Notes under the pieces: generated by a model
What the model was told of the DNA's origin: nothing
Seen by the model: only the letters and a program-made list of their open reading frames with translations
The model's database searches: none
Shown: one piece after another, positions 47,662-57,692 of the stretch
Position numbering within the stretch: position 1 is the stretch's first letter
How the letters are laid out: each line of letters opens with the position of its first letter
Virus record (IMG/VR): IMGVR_UViG_3300031759_000012
DNA from: an uncultured virus (IMG/VR IMGVR_UViG_3300031759_000012)
Lineage: Duplodnaviria > Heunggongvirae > Uroviricota > Caudoviricetes
Strand: one strand, 5' to 3'
Length of the DNA: 64,000 bases
Made by a program: the position numbers and the translations under genes

Positions 47662-48291
47662 ATGAGCTTTGACTTTGAATTTACACCTGAACACCTTGCA
47701 CATTGTATGCCACATCCGCGCATAGATGAATGGTATCAACCGATATGTGATATTCTACCCGATTATCAAATTACTTCAGTATTGCGTGTAGCAGCATGGC
47801 TTGCTCAAATGGGGCACGAGAGTGGCGATTTACAAGAACTTGAAGAAAATCTCAATTACAGCGCCAAAGGCCTACGTGGCGTTTTTCCAAATTATTTTCC
47901 AACTGACGAGATGGCGTTAGAGTATCAACGCAAGCCTGTAAAAATAGCAAGTAGAGTCTACGGCGGCAGAATGGGTAACGGTCCAGAAGAAACTGAAGAT
48001 GGTTGGACATTTCATGGTAGAGGTTTAATTCAAATAACTGGAAAAGAAAATTACATGCATTGCTCAAATGCATTGTACGGTGATACACGATTGCTTGACA
48101 GTCCAGAATTACTTTGCGAGCAAGACGGTGCAATTAGAAGTGCATGCTGGTATTGGAATTCTCGCAATCTCAATGAATACGCCGATAGGCAAGATATGAT
48201 TACTATTACACGTAGAATTAATGGCGGCACAATTGGTTTAGAAGACAGAGTAGCTAGATATCATAGAGCACTGCAAGCGCTTTCATCATAA
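47662..48291 (+). CDS. glycoside hydrolase family 19 endolysin
   Basis: AQMGHESG, EENLNYSA, GRGLIQITGK.NY, ITRRINGG. Confidence 0.92.
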   Translation: MSFDFEFTPEHLAHCMPHPRIDEWYQPICDILPDYQITSVLRVAAWLAQMGHESGDLQELEENLNYSAKGLRGVFPNYFPTDEMALEYQRKPVKIASRVYGGRMGNGPEETEDGWTFHGRGLIQITGKENYMHCSNALYGDTRLLDSPELLCEQDGAIRSACWYWNSRNLNEYADRQDMITITRRINGGTIGLEDRVARYHRALQALSS

Positions 48292-48321
48292 GGTAGTCAA
48301 AAATAAAACTAATATTGCATT

Positions 48322-48329
48322 TATAAATA
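48322..48329 (+). promoter_or_regulatory. T4-like late promoter motif (representative copy)
   Basis: TATAAATA here; core TAAATA precedes late genes at 1090(+), 1064(-), 6959(-), 6995(+), 10321(+), 21411(-), 25500(-), 29150(-), 29619(-), 31596(-), 32345(-), 43886(-), 46448(-), 46475(+) and all four intein-associated nucleases. Confidence 0.75.
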
Positions 48330-48351
48330 ACATATAAAGGATGTTTTATAA

Positions 48352-50262
48352 ATGCAATATTGGTTTTCGGCGCAGTTAAGACAATATCGTCTACAGTTCA
48401 TACGTGCTTTTAGCGGGTTTAGTGTAAAAACTGGACGAGGGGGTCCAAATAACACTGAAGAGCTTTTGAAAGTTCCTTGCAGATACGGCGACCCATCAAG
48501 AGTGGCAGCAACTATTGTAAAAGGCAATAGTGAAAATAAAGCGCTTACGGTCCCATTTATAACTTGCTTCATAAACACCATTGCACTATCGTCCGCCAGA
48601 CGTCAAGATCCTTATGTTATTAGTTCAGTGCAGGTAAACGAACGTCAATACGATGATCAGGCAAATGCATATACCAATCAAATTGGCAATAGATATACTG
48701 TACAGAGATACATGCCAGTACCATATGATCTAACCATGCAAGTTGATATTTGGTCAAATAATGAGGATATAAAGGAGCAAATTTTAGAGCAAATTTTTGT
48801 TCTCTATAATCCAACAATAAATTTGCAAACTTCAAACAATCCAATTGATTGGACAGTTTTAACTTATATAGAGTTACAAGAAAATATAAATTGGAGTTCT
48901 AGAACGATACCAATAGGAACCGACAATCCAATCGATGTAGCAACTCTACAATTTAAAGTGCCAATTTGGATAAATCCGCCAGCTAAGGTTCAAAGACAAT
49001 ATATTATAGAGACCATTATAACCAATATTGTAGAAGGATCAAAAGACCCTAATGCTATGGAATGGAATGATTATGAATTTTTAGCTAGGACAGTTACTAC
49101 TCCCGGAAATGTTGTAATAAAAGTTTCTCCTTACACACCTACCACGTACATTTTTAGACTCTGTCAGCAAGATGGTTCAACAGTTGACCCTGAAAACTTA
49201 CCTACTGTTAGTTTTGGAAAGGCTTATGTCAACCTGTTTAAAGGTATGAGTTTTATATGGAACAATACTACAGTAACCATACAAAATACAGACATTAATC
49301 TAGCATTACAAGATATAAGACAATGTCTTGTGAATACAAACCTAAACTGCACAATTTTTAATCTGTCATCTTTTCAATTTATCAATACATCAGGCGGCAG
49401 TAATACTTTTGCTGACCTAGTACCAGGAAGCCTTGCTGCCTTAGGTTTACAAGCAACTACATATCCCGGTGGGAACCTAGCATGGTGGCGATATCTAACA
49501 TTGTATGGTACTGTAAGATCATATTCTGATTATGGTTCAAATGGTAGTCAAATAAGATTGAAAACCGTAGACGATCTATCACAAACCAATTCTGACATTG
49601 TAGGCTGGATTAATTTAGACCCTATTGATCAAAACATATTGTACTGGACACCAGATCAAGAAAGTTTTCCAAATGTTACCTTGGCGCCTGTAAATGCTAT
49701 AGTTGACCCACAAGTCAGCGGACCTGGTATCAATTTACCTGCGGCTGCTGCTGGACAACGATATCTGTTAACTACAGGTGTTCCGTACACAAGTAGTGCA
49801 TGGGGCACAGTGTCTATTGCTGGCAATCAGTTGGTAACCACAGAATTAGGTACATGGATGCAGGATACGAATTTTATCAATTTAAATAACTCAAATAGTC
49901 TCATAACCACAGGTCAATTTGTTACAAGTTCAGTCCCTGGTATACCCGATGGCTCGCTAGTACAACTGATACAGGGTAAGATCATAACTATATTAAATTC
50001 AAACGATCCTATGTCCAGTAATATAACTGTTACAAATTCTCAATTGGCGCCGGTAAACTTTTATCAAAAAAATCTAGCAAATGATATAATAACATATGAT
50101 GGCTCAGAATGGTCAGTTGCGTTTGATTCATCAAACAACGAAGACCGGACAGAATATGTTCTTAATTCAAATACAAATAGATTATACAAATGGAGCAACG
50201 GTTACTGGTCACCTGTTGTGCTTAATGAATATCAACCAGGTTATTGGACTATTGCGCTATGA
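48352..50262 (+). CDS. gp15: tail sheath stabiliser/terminator gp15-like, C-terminally extended
   Basis: VPCRYGD, MPVPYDL...VDIW, EQILEQI..LYNP; TATAAATA 48322-48329. Confidence 0.75.
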   Translation: MQYWFSAQLRQYRLQFIRAFSGFSVKTGRGGPNNTEELLKVPCRYGDPSRVAATIVKGNSENKALTVPFITCFINTIALSSARRQDPYVISSVQVNERQYDDQANAYTNQIGNRYTVQRYMPVPYDLTMQVDIWSNNEDIKEQILEQIFVLYNPTINLQTSNNPIDWTVLTYIELQENINWSSRTIPIGTDNPIDVATLQFKVPIWINPPAKVQRQYIIETIITNIVEGSKDPNAMEWNDYEFLARTVTTPGNVVIKVSPYTPTTYIFRLCQQDGSTVDPENLPTVSFGKAYVNLFKGMSFIWNNTTVTIQNTDINLALQDIRQCLVNTNLNCTIFNLSSFQFINTSGGSNTFADLVPGSLAALGLQATTYPGGNLAWWRYLTLYGTVRSYSDYGSNGSQIRLKTVDDLSQTNSDIVGWINLDPIDQNILYWTPDQESFPNVTLAPVNAIVDPQVSGPGINLPAAAAGQRYLLTTGVPYTSSAWGTVSIAGNQLVTTELGTWMQDTNFINLNNSNSLITTGQFVTSSVPGIPDGSLVQLIQGKIITILNSNDPMSSNITVTNSQLAPVNFYQKNLANDIITYDGSEWSVAFDSSNNEDRTEYVLNSNTNRLYKWSNGYWSPVVLNEYQPGYWTIAL

Positions 50263-51023
50263 TAAACTCACCTGTTAATCTTTTTGAAATTGAATCTTCA
50301 ATAGATATGGATAAATTTTCTGAAATATTCACTGCGGATATCAAAAAAGTAATTGCGATTATTAGGAAGTATGGTTTTGATTTGCGTATTGTAGGAGGAG
50401 CTGTACGAGATTTCATTCGAGGAGCTACACCTAGAGATATTGATTTTGCAACTAATGCCGAACCTGCTGAATTAATTTTTATATTTGATATGGAACAAAT
50501 AGAATATGACTCTAGTGGTATCAAGCACGGAACAATAAAAGCTAAATTTGGGAATGATATAATCGATGTAACAAGTATTGTCTACAAGTTAAAGGTACAG
50601 GACCAACGAATTATCATTCAACATCCGCATTCATGGGAACAAGATAGTCTAAATCGTGATGTTACCATAAACAGCATGAGTGTCGATATGGAAGGTAATT
50701 TGTATGATTATCAAAACGGACTTGCAGATCTTCACAATCAATTGGTGAAATTTTGCCCAAATAGTCAAACAAAAATCAATCAGGATCCATTTACGATACT
50801 TAGATGGTTCAAAGCAATAGCATTATTTGATCAACCAAAATGGTTGAAAACTGATAAAAGAATAATTGAAAAAAATGCAAATAAAGCAGCGCTACTCAAA
50901 GATGACGAGAGAAAGGACAAATTTCTATCTTCTCTTGTTACCAATAAAAACGGGCAAAAAGTATTTGAACTAATGTGCGCAACTGGAGTAGGTAAACCTT
51001 TGAATATAAATTGCAACATCTAA
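50259..51023 (+). CDS. class II tRNA nucleotidyltransferase / poly(A) polymerase-family protein
   Basis: IVGGAVRD, RDIDFAT, KHGT, RD.TINSM. Confidence 0.8.
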   Translation: MINSPVNLFEIESSIDMDKFSEIFTADIKKVIAIIRKYGFDLRIVGGAVRDFIRGATPRDIDFATNAEPAELIFIFDMEQIEYDSSGIKHGTIKAKFGNDIIDVTSIVYKLKVQDQRIIIQHPHSWEQDSLNRDVTINSMSVDMEGNLYDYQNGLADLHNQLVKFCPNSQTKINQDPFTILRWFKAIALFDQPKWLKTDKRIIEKNANKAALLKDDERKDKFLSSLVTNKNGQKVFELMCATGVGKPLNINCNI

Positions 51024-51049
51024 CATTTGCGTAATATAATTGTTCAGTT

Positions 51050-51904
51050 ATGACTGAACAATCAAAAGATCTAATCATCGGAGCGTATACCAATTATACA
51101 TGGGACCAAATAAAATATTGGGTCAACAGTATTGAACAATCTGGTTTTACAGGCGATAAATTAGTAATTGTCTATAATAGTGATTATGCCACGGTACAAA
51201 AACTTCTGGATAGAAATTTTAAGGTTCTAGGATTTAATAAAAATCCGCAAACCGGAGATTTTTTTTGGCCAGGAACTTTAAATATCGTAGTAGAAAGATT
51301 TTATCATTTATGGTGGTACTTAAGTCAGCTAACTGATGACGCATATCGTTTTGTAATTACAACAGATGTTAAGGATGTAGTTTTTCAACGAAATCCAAGT
51401 GTTTGGTTGGAAAATCATTGCAATAATAAACAAATTGTCGCTAGTTGCGAAAGTTTACATTACGAAGACGAACCCTGGGGTGCGGATAATATGTCCGGTA
51501 GTTATCCGATGCTTTGGCCGCGAATGAAATCAAAACCGATTTGGAATTGCGGAGTTCAAGCAGGGCGTATCATTGCTCTTAGAGATCTTTGGTTAAGTAT
51601 CTGGTTGCTGTCAAAAGCAGCTCAAAGACATAACCCAGATCAAGCAGCATACAACTATTTGCTAGATAACGTTTGTTGGAATAACATTACCTTGAAAACT
51701 ATGAGCGAAGATGGTTGGGCGTGTCAGGCCGGCACAACTGTTGATCCAAAAAAGATATCAGCTTTTTTGCCAAAGCTATTAGAACCAGGTCCGCTATGGA
51801 ATGGGCAAACGTCAACTACAAACAACGGTACTGTTCACACAATATTACATCAGTGGGACAGAATACCAGATTGGAAAAACATCATTCAAGTGAAATATGG
51901 ATAA
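51050..51904 (+). CDS. putative GT-A glycosyltransferase
   Basis: TTDVKDVVFQRNP, NCGV.AG, DQAAYN, ILHQWDR. Confidence 0.65.
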   Translation: MTEQSKDLIIGAYTNYTWDQIKYWVNSIEQSGFTGDKLVIVYNSDYATVQKLLDRNFKVLGFNKNPQTGDFFWPGTLNIVVERFYHLWWYLSQLTDDAYRFVITTDVKDVVFQRNPSVWLENHCNNKQIVASCESLHYEDEPWGADNMSGSYPMLWPRMKSKPIWNCGVQAGRIIALRDLWLSIWLLSKAAQRHNPDQAAYNYLLDNVCWNNITLKTMSEDGWACQAGTTVDPKKISAFLPKLLEPGPLWNGQTSTTNNGTVHTILHQWDRIPDWKNIIQVKYG

Positions 51905-52907
51905 CATGGAAATTAATTTAGAAAAAATTAATCAGGCTAAAGAATATGTCTGTAATAATTTGGTACCTATGCCTGCATATCAAGCAGGAAAAAGCCTAGT
52001 AACCAGCTGTTATAGAGCTGAATTACCAAGTATGTTTATTTTGTTAACTGAGCTAAAACGATTAGAATTTAATATTCCTATTGAAATTTTCTATAGAGCA
52101 GGAGAGCTAGATAGCAACGAGATTACAGAACTAGGTAAATGTTATCCATCATCAAATGTGTCAATCAAACAGTTGCAGACAAATGCCAGAGATTTTACCG
52201 ATAAATGGGGCAACGTAAAAGGCTGGAGTACCAAAGTACATGCCCTGTTTGAAAGTAGCTATGCTGAAAATTTATGGATTGATTCAGATAATTTTCCAAT
52301 ACGCAACTGCTTAGATCTTTTTAATGATCCTGAATACCAAAGCAAAGGCAGCTTATTTTGGCGAGATGTTTATAGCATAGACAGAGCGGAACAATATTGC
52401 GACAGCAGTAACTTGTGGCAGATATTTGCAGTCACTCCAAATGATGCAGAACCATTTGAAAGCGGTCAGATTTTATTGAATAAACCAAAAGTCTGGCAAC
52501 AATTTTGTCTAATGTTACATTATACAGAAAATTGCGACATTTATTACAGCTTCGGCGGCGACGCAGAATGTTGGAGAATGGTCTGGCAATATGTTGCCAT
52601 TAGAAATAAAGGATACCATGCTAGATTCAACTATCTAGCAAGCAACGATATTCCATATGGATTTATGCCGTTTGGGCCATTTCATAAAGGTGTAGCCAAT
52701 CCTTGGCGCAAATATGGAGGTGGGTCTGTAATGGTACAGCGAGATAGGTCCGGTGCGGAACTATTTAATCACAGGAACATTTTTAAGTTTCGCTGGCAAG
52801 GCGATAACCCGTATAACAGCGACATTCAAAATGAAAGTACATATCACATGATACTAAGACACCTTAAAGTTAAGTACGGTATAACAGATGAACCTAAGCA
52901 AGTTTAA
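51897..52907 (+). CDS. alpha-mannosyltransferase-like protein (GT71/Mnn2-like)
   Basis: LWIDSDNFP.RN...LF..PEY...G.LFW.D and ESGQILLNK. Confidence 0.7.
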   Translation: MDNMEINLEKINQAKEYVCNNLVPMPAYQAGKSLVTSCYRAELPSMFILLTELKRLEFNIPIEIFYRAGELDSNEITELGKCYPSSNVSIKQLQTNARDFTDKWGNVKGWSTKVHALFESSYAENLWIDSDNFPIRNCLDLFNDPEYQSKGSLFWRDVYSIDRAEQYCDSSNLWQIFAVTPNDAEPFESGQILLNKPKVWQQFCLMLHYTENCDIYYSFGGDAECWRMVWQYVAIRNKGYHARFNYLASNDIPYGFMPFGPFHKGVANPWRKYGGGSVMVQRDRSGAELFNHRNIFKFRWQGDNPYNSDIQNESTYHMILRHLKVKYGITDEPKQV

Positions 52908-54045
52908 CTATCAACCTGAATGGGGGTTCGTTCGTACACCTGCTAGATCTACAGAACTGCAGGTATTAAATTTTGAACAAAACTATGACTATACAACATT
53001 ATGGAATGATGTTATACAAATCAATCCAAATGCAATTTTAATTATTGGCCCACCGTTATATGATACTGTTCAATGGATCAACTTGAATTGCCAATTTATT
53101 GATGATAAAGGCCAAAAATTAACATGGCGGTATAGCAATCTAGATCGTGCGTCAGTGATACGCCTGGACACAATGCATCTAATGCCGTATCTAATTTTTA
53201 AAACTCCTTTCCAAACACACAAAATTCAAATCAATTATTGCGAAAATAAATTTAAGAATAGGAAGACTATTGTAACAATTAGTAAAAATCATCCGATAGA
53301 TTGGTTAAAACAATGGATAGACTATCATAAAACCGTACACAATGTTGACGGGTTACTGTTATACAATAATCAAAGTACATTGTATACTAGCCAAGAGCTA
53401 GAAACAGCGTTATACAGAGATGATGTGGCTATACAGGTAGTTGATTATGATGTACCATTTGGTGTAATGGGCGGAGGATTATGGGAATGGCAAGGCAAAA
53501 GCGGTAATTATCTGCCCTGGGACAGCGACTTTAGCCAATATGTTATGTTAGAACATGCCAAATGGCGTTTTTTATATGATGCTCGGTTGGTTATAAATGC
53601 GGATACAGATGAGCTACTTGTTATAAAAAATTCAAATTTAGACGGTATTGCAGAATACTGTGCATCAGGCGAACACTCTGTCTTATTGTATGATGGAATT
53701 TGGATAGAACCTATAGATAGTACAACCGGTGTTGTTGCGAAAGATGTAGATTTTTGCAACAGACATTTTTCTAATTATTGGCATACAACGCATGGCGATG
53801 GTAGAGGCATAGGCGTAAAATGGATGTTAAATCCGCAACGCAACATTCAGTATCAATGGCATTTACACAAGACATACGGCCCGCATATAAAAACGGATCA
53901 AATAACATTTGGTCATTTTTTTGCAATGAATACAAGTTGGAGTTATCAACGTGACGAATTTTTAGGAGACTTGACAAAACTTACTAGTTTTGATTTATTA
54001 CACGAAAACCTAAATCTCTGGCAACAACAAGGAAAATTTTTATGA
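52888..54045 (+). CDS. GT92/GT2-like glycosyltransferase
   Basis: WIDYHK.VH...LLYNNQS, NADTDELL. Confidence 0.6.
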   Translation: MNLSKFNYQPEWGFVRTPARSTELQVLNFEQNYDYTTLWNDVIQINPNAILIIGPPLYDTVQWINLNCQFIDDKGQKLTWRYSNLDRASVIRLDTMHLMPYLIFKTPFQTHKIQINYCENKFKNRKTIVTISKNHPIDWLKQWIDYHKTVHNVDGLLLYNNQSTLYTSQELETALYRDDVAIQVVDYDVPFGVMGGGLWEWQGKSGNYLPWDSDFSQYVMLEHAKWRFLYDARLVINADTDELLVIKNSNLDGIAEYCASGEHSVLLYDGIWIEPIDSTTGVVAKDVDFCNRHFSNYWHTTHGDGRGIGVKWMLNPQRNIQYQWHLHKTYGPHIKTDQITFGHFFAMNTSWSYQRDEFLGDLTKLTSFDLLHENLNLWQQQGKFL

Positions 54046-54692
54046 AGGCTGCAATAGTAACAACACATGACGAAAAATATAAGATCCTGGCAGATTTAAC
54101 ATGGCATCGTAATAGAATCTTATATGCAAAAAAGAATGGTTACGGGGCACTAGCGAAAACAGAAAACTTTAAACAACCTATAATCGGTTGGGAGAAAATT
54201 GCCTTTTGCTTAGAAGTAATGAATAACAGCGACTTCGATTTACTGCATTTTAGTGGCACTGATACACTCATAACAAATTGGCACGTTCCTTTAACTGAAT
54301 TTCTCTATGATGGATATTCTGTGACTATCTCAACTGATTTTAATGGAATTCAAGCCGATAGCTTTGTGGTTCGCAATGACAAAAACGCTAGAGATTGGCT
54401 ACAAATGATTATGGATAAACAACCACAATACTCTCGTCACCCTTATTATGAACAGGGCGTTATGATGGAGAGTTATCAAGATTGGAAACATACCGTCAAA
54501 GTTGTTCCACAAAGATATCTTAACGCCTATCATTATCCTCTATATAAAAACAAAGGAGCTAAAAACAACCTAGACGCTATGGGGTTTAGTGGTCAATGGC
54601 ATAAAGGTGATTTTTTAATTCATTGTCCAGATCATCCTTTACATGTTAGGTTAGAACTTTTTAATCAAATTATACCAGAGGTTATTGTATGA
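54042..54692 (+). CDS. GT34 (GMA12/Mnn10-like) glycosyltransferase
   Basis: WEKI, DTLITN, YEQG, VPQRYLNAY, W.KGDFLIH. Confidence 0.7.
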   Translation: MKAAIVTTHDEKYKILADLTWHRNRILYAKKNGYGALAKTENFKQPIIGWEKIAFCLEVMNNSDFDLLHFSGTDTLITNWHVPLTEFLYDGYSVTISTDFNGIQADSFVVRNDKNARDWLQMIMDKQPQYSRHPYYEQGVMMESYQDWKHTVKVVPQRYLNAYHYPLYKNKGAKNNLDAMGFSGQWHKGDFLIHCPDHPLHVRLELFNQIIPEVIV

Positions 54693-55066
54693 CCAAAAGT
54701 GTAAGAACAGTTGATGACATTCTACACGATAGATGCCAGGACACACTTTTTCTGCACTTTGAAAATCACGGCGACGGTTTAGGACCAGAAAAAAACTGCT
54801 TAGAAGCACACATCAAATGGTTCCGTGAAAACGGTATAGAGTATGAACCTGCTGAAATTGTTGGATATAAAGATAGCAGCGATTATTGCTATGCTGTTTA
54901 TTTTGAATCTCCAGATGATCCTCGCATACAAGAATATGCAAATAAATTTGAAACAGCCGATTTCAAAAGTCTAGAACCAGAAAATTATCAAATGTATCTT
55001 TACAATTATGTTTTTTGGTATTCAAATGGTGGCAAAGATAGAATGGAAGCTAAAGCAAAACAATGA
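54689..55066 (+). CDS. hypothetical protein
   Basis: 125-aa coupled ORF. Confidence 0.6.
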   Translation: MTKSVRTVDDILHDRCQDTLFLHFENHGDGLGPEKNCLEAHIKWFRENGIEYEPAEIVGYKDSSDYCYAVYFESPDDPRIQEYANKFETADFKSLEPENYQMYLYNYVFWYSNGGKDRMEAKAKQ

Positions 55067-55890
55067 AAATTTTTATTACCGGCTCTAACGGATTCATTGG
55101 AAAAAATTTGTGCGAATTCTATGCAGATAATGAGGTATACAGATATACTCGCGGAAATTTAAAATTAGAGTTATCTACCTTTTTACCAGATGTAATAATA
55201 CATTGTGCCGCTGAAATCTATAAATCTGATTTAATGATGGACACTAATGTATTACTAACACAAGAGATTTTGGATTGGTTGCGCACGCATACACAAACTA
55301 AGATGATACACATAGGGTCTAGTTCTGAATATGGGCCAAGTTCAATTGCAAGTTCAGAGCAGCATAGAATCAACCCTATAGACATGTATCAAGCTACAAA
55401 AGGCATGGCAACTTTACTATGTCAGGGTTACGCTAGAACGTATGCATTGGATATCAAAATTGCTAGACCCTACAGTGTTTACGGAAGATATGAGAAACCG
55501 CATAGACTATTTCCTAGACTGTGGCGTGCATTTCAATTAGATGAGTCGATGACCTTATACAACGGAGTGCATGATTTCATTTACATTAATGACTTTATAG
55601 ATGGTATTAATATTTTACTTCATGTAGATAAAACTAATTCAGGTGATATTATAAACTTTGGATCCGGTAAGCAATATAGTAATATAGAAGTACTAAAACT
55701 ATTTGAAACAGTAACCGGAAAAACTGCCCCGATTGAGCATGTATCACGAATGGCAAAGAATTTTGAATCCAATGTATGGTGTTGCGATACTTCATATGCA
55801 TCGAAATACTACGGATTTAATTGTAGATACGACTTGATTACAGGTATCAAAGATTTTTTAGAAACAGCTAATTACAAGGATTTAACCTAA
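55063..55890 (+). CDS. NAD-dependent epimerase/dehydratase
   Basis: ITGSNGFIG, GSSSEYG, YQATK. Confidence 0.9.
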   Translation: MKIFITGSNGFIGKNLCEFYADNEVYRYTRGNLKLELSTFLPDVIIHCAAEIYKSDLMMDTNVLLTQEILDWLRTHTQTKMIHIGSSSEYGPSSIASSEQHRINPIDMYQATKGMATLLCQGYARTYALDIKIARPYSVYGRYEKPHRLFPRLWRAFQLDESMTLYNGVHDFIYINDFIDGINILLHVDKTNSGDIINFGSGKQYSNIEVLKLFETVTGKTAPIEHVSRMAKNFESNVWCCDTSYASKYYGFNCRYDLITGIKDFLETANYKDLT

Positions 55891-56603
55891 TGACAATTTT
55901 CCGGCAATTAGTTACTGCTAATAAAGGTGTAGTAACCATAAATTCCGATGATGAACAGTTAATAAAACATTTTAATAATCCTGCAAATTATGCCGATGTT
56001 GTGCTTGATATGTTTAACAATGACAGGTTTTATGATATATTTTTTGAAGGATGGAATGATATTACTGTTTTAGATATAGGTGGCAACATTGGGCTGTTTT
56101 CTCTTTACATACAAGATATAGCCAAAGATGTGTATACCATTGAACCTACCCCAAGTCATTTTCAACTCCTTAGTCTTCTAACCAAAGATTACAAAAACAT
56201 ACACCCTATTAACGCTGCATTACATAATAAAAACGAACCTATTGATTTTTATATTAGTTCTGAGAATAGCACTATGAACAGTAGTGTTAACAAGTATGGA
56301 CAAAAAGTTGCTGTCACAGGCACCACACTTGCTAATTTAATCAACCAACTGGCTCTAACAAAGGTGGATTTTGTAAAATGCGATATAGAAGGGTCTGAAA
56401 TGCAAGCATTAACTTATGAAACTGTAAACGAAGTTAAAGATATCGTATCGGTGTGGAGCGTAGAGGTTCATGCCACAGATACAACACTTTTGCCCGAGAT
56501 AAGTCTAAATCGCAATCGCGACAATTTAATGCAAATCTTTTCGCAAAATGGTTATAATACAATAAAACATAGATATGATGCACTTTATGCATACAAAGGA
56601 TAA
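55890..56603 (+). CDS. FkbM-family methyltransferase
   Basis: LDIGGNIGLFS, IEP, VKCDIEGSE. Confidence 0.85.
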   Translation: MTIFRQLVTANKGVVTINSDDEQLIKHFNNPANYADVVLDMFNNDRFYDIFFEGWNDITVLDIGGNIGLFSLYIQDIAKDVYTIEPTPSHFQLLSLLTKDYKNIHPINAALHNKNEPIDFYISSENSTMNSSVNKYGQKVAVTGTTLANLINQLALTKVDFVKCDIEGSEMQALTYETVNEVKDIVSVWSVEVHATDTTLLPEISLNRNRDNLMQIFSQNGYNTIKHRYDALYAYKG

Positions 56604-56604
56604 T

Positions 56605-57213
56605 ATGCACCAGATAGAAAGACGTATTATAGATATAACGTATCAAGAAAAACTAAGTCACTTGAGCAGTGTTTTATCGGCTTGGCCTATTATACATGAA
56701 ATTTATGACGAAAAGGCTAACGACGAAGTTTTTATTCTAAGTAATGGGCATGCTGGTTTAGCATTATATTGCGAATTGGAATATCGTTACGGCATTGATC
56801 CTATTATGCTATTACATAAACATGGAATACATCCTGGAAAAGACCTTGACAACAAGCTCTATTGCAGCACAGGGAGTCTAGGTAGTGGGCTGCCGATTGC
56901 TGTTGGGCATGCTTTAGCAAATCGTTCTAAAAAGGTTTACTGCATGATATCCGATGGCGAAGCTGCTGAAGGCAGTATATGGGAAAGTTTGCGTTTTATT
57001 AATGTTGCCAAACTGGATAACTTAATAGTATATGTCAACATAAATGGAATGAGCGCATACGAATACTTAGATGTTGGTTATTTGGTTCAACGTCTGTTGA
57101 CATTCCTTCCTAGCATACGTATACGAATTTCTTCGCCGCCTAAATGGAATTTTGCCACGGGCCTTCTAAGTCATTACTATGTCTTAAAAGAAGAGGATTA
57201 CAAACGCATATGA
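56605..57213 (+). CDS. transketolase-like, ThDP-binding N-terminal subunit
   Basis: LSNGHA, STGSLGSG, SDGEAAEGSIWE. Confidence 0.88.
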   Translation: MHQIERRIIDITYQEKLSHLSSVLSAWPIIHEIYDEKANDEVFILSNGHAGLALYCELEYRYGIDPIMLLHKHGIHPGKDLDNKLYCSTGSLGSGLPIAVGHALANRSKKVYCMISDGEAAEGSIWESLRFINVAKLDNLIVYVNINGMSAYEYLDVGYLVQRLLTFLPSIRIRISSPPKWNFATGLLSHYYVLKEEDYKRI

Positions 57214-57692
57214 GAAAAGAGTGTATGGAGCTATTGCATGCTTCGATGGCAGATAACCCAAACATATTTGTATTAACTGCAGATTTAGGATTTGGTATAT
57301 TAGACCAAATTAAAGATACATATACAGACCGGTTTTTCAATGTCGGTGCAGCAGAACAACTATTAATTGGTGCAGGTATTGGACTTGCAGAATCTAAAAA
57401 AATTCCCGTTTGTTACTCTATGTCTAGTTTTTTACTATATAGACCTTTTGAAATGTTACGAAACTATGTTAATTATGAAAAAATTCCAGTCAAATTGATA
57501 GGAAGTGGCAGAGATCAAGATTATAATCACGATGGTATAAGTCATTGGGCACATGACGACGAAGCTGTGTTGTCTGTTCTACCTAATATAAAAATCTTCA
57601 AACCAGCGTCTATACGTCAACTAGAAGAATTCTGGCCAGAGTTTATATATGGTGACGGACCAGCGTATCTTAATTTAACGAGGAAAATATGA
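57210..57692 (+). CDS. transketolase-like, pyrimidine-binding subunit
   Basis: LTADLG, FFNVGAAEQ, DGISHWA; lacks the C-terminal domain. Confidence 0.85.
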   Translation: MRKECMELLHASMADNPNIFVLTADLGFGILDQIKDTYTDRFFNVGAAEQLLIGAGIGLAESKKIPVCYSMSSFLLYRPFEMLRNYVNYEKIPVKLIGSGRDQDYNHDGISHWAHDDEAVLSVLPNIKIFKPASIRQLEEFWPEFIYGDGPAYLNLTRKI

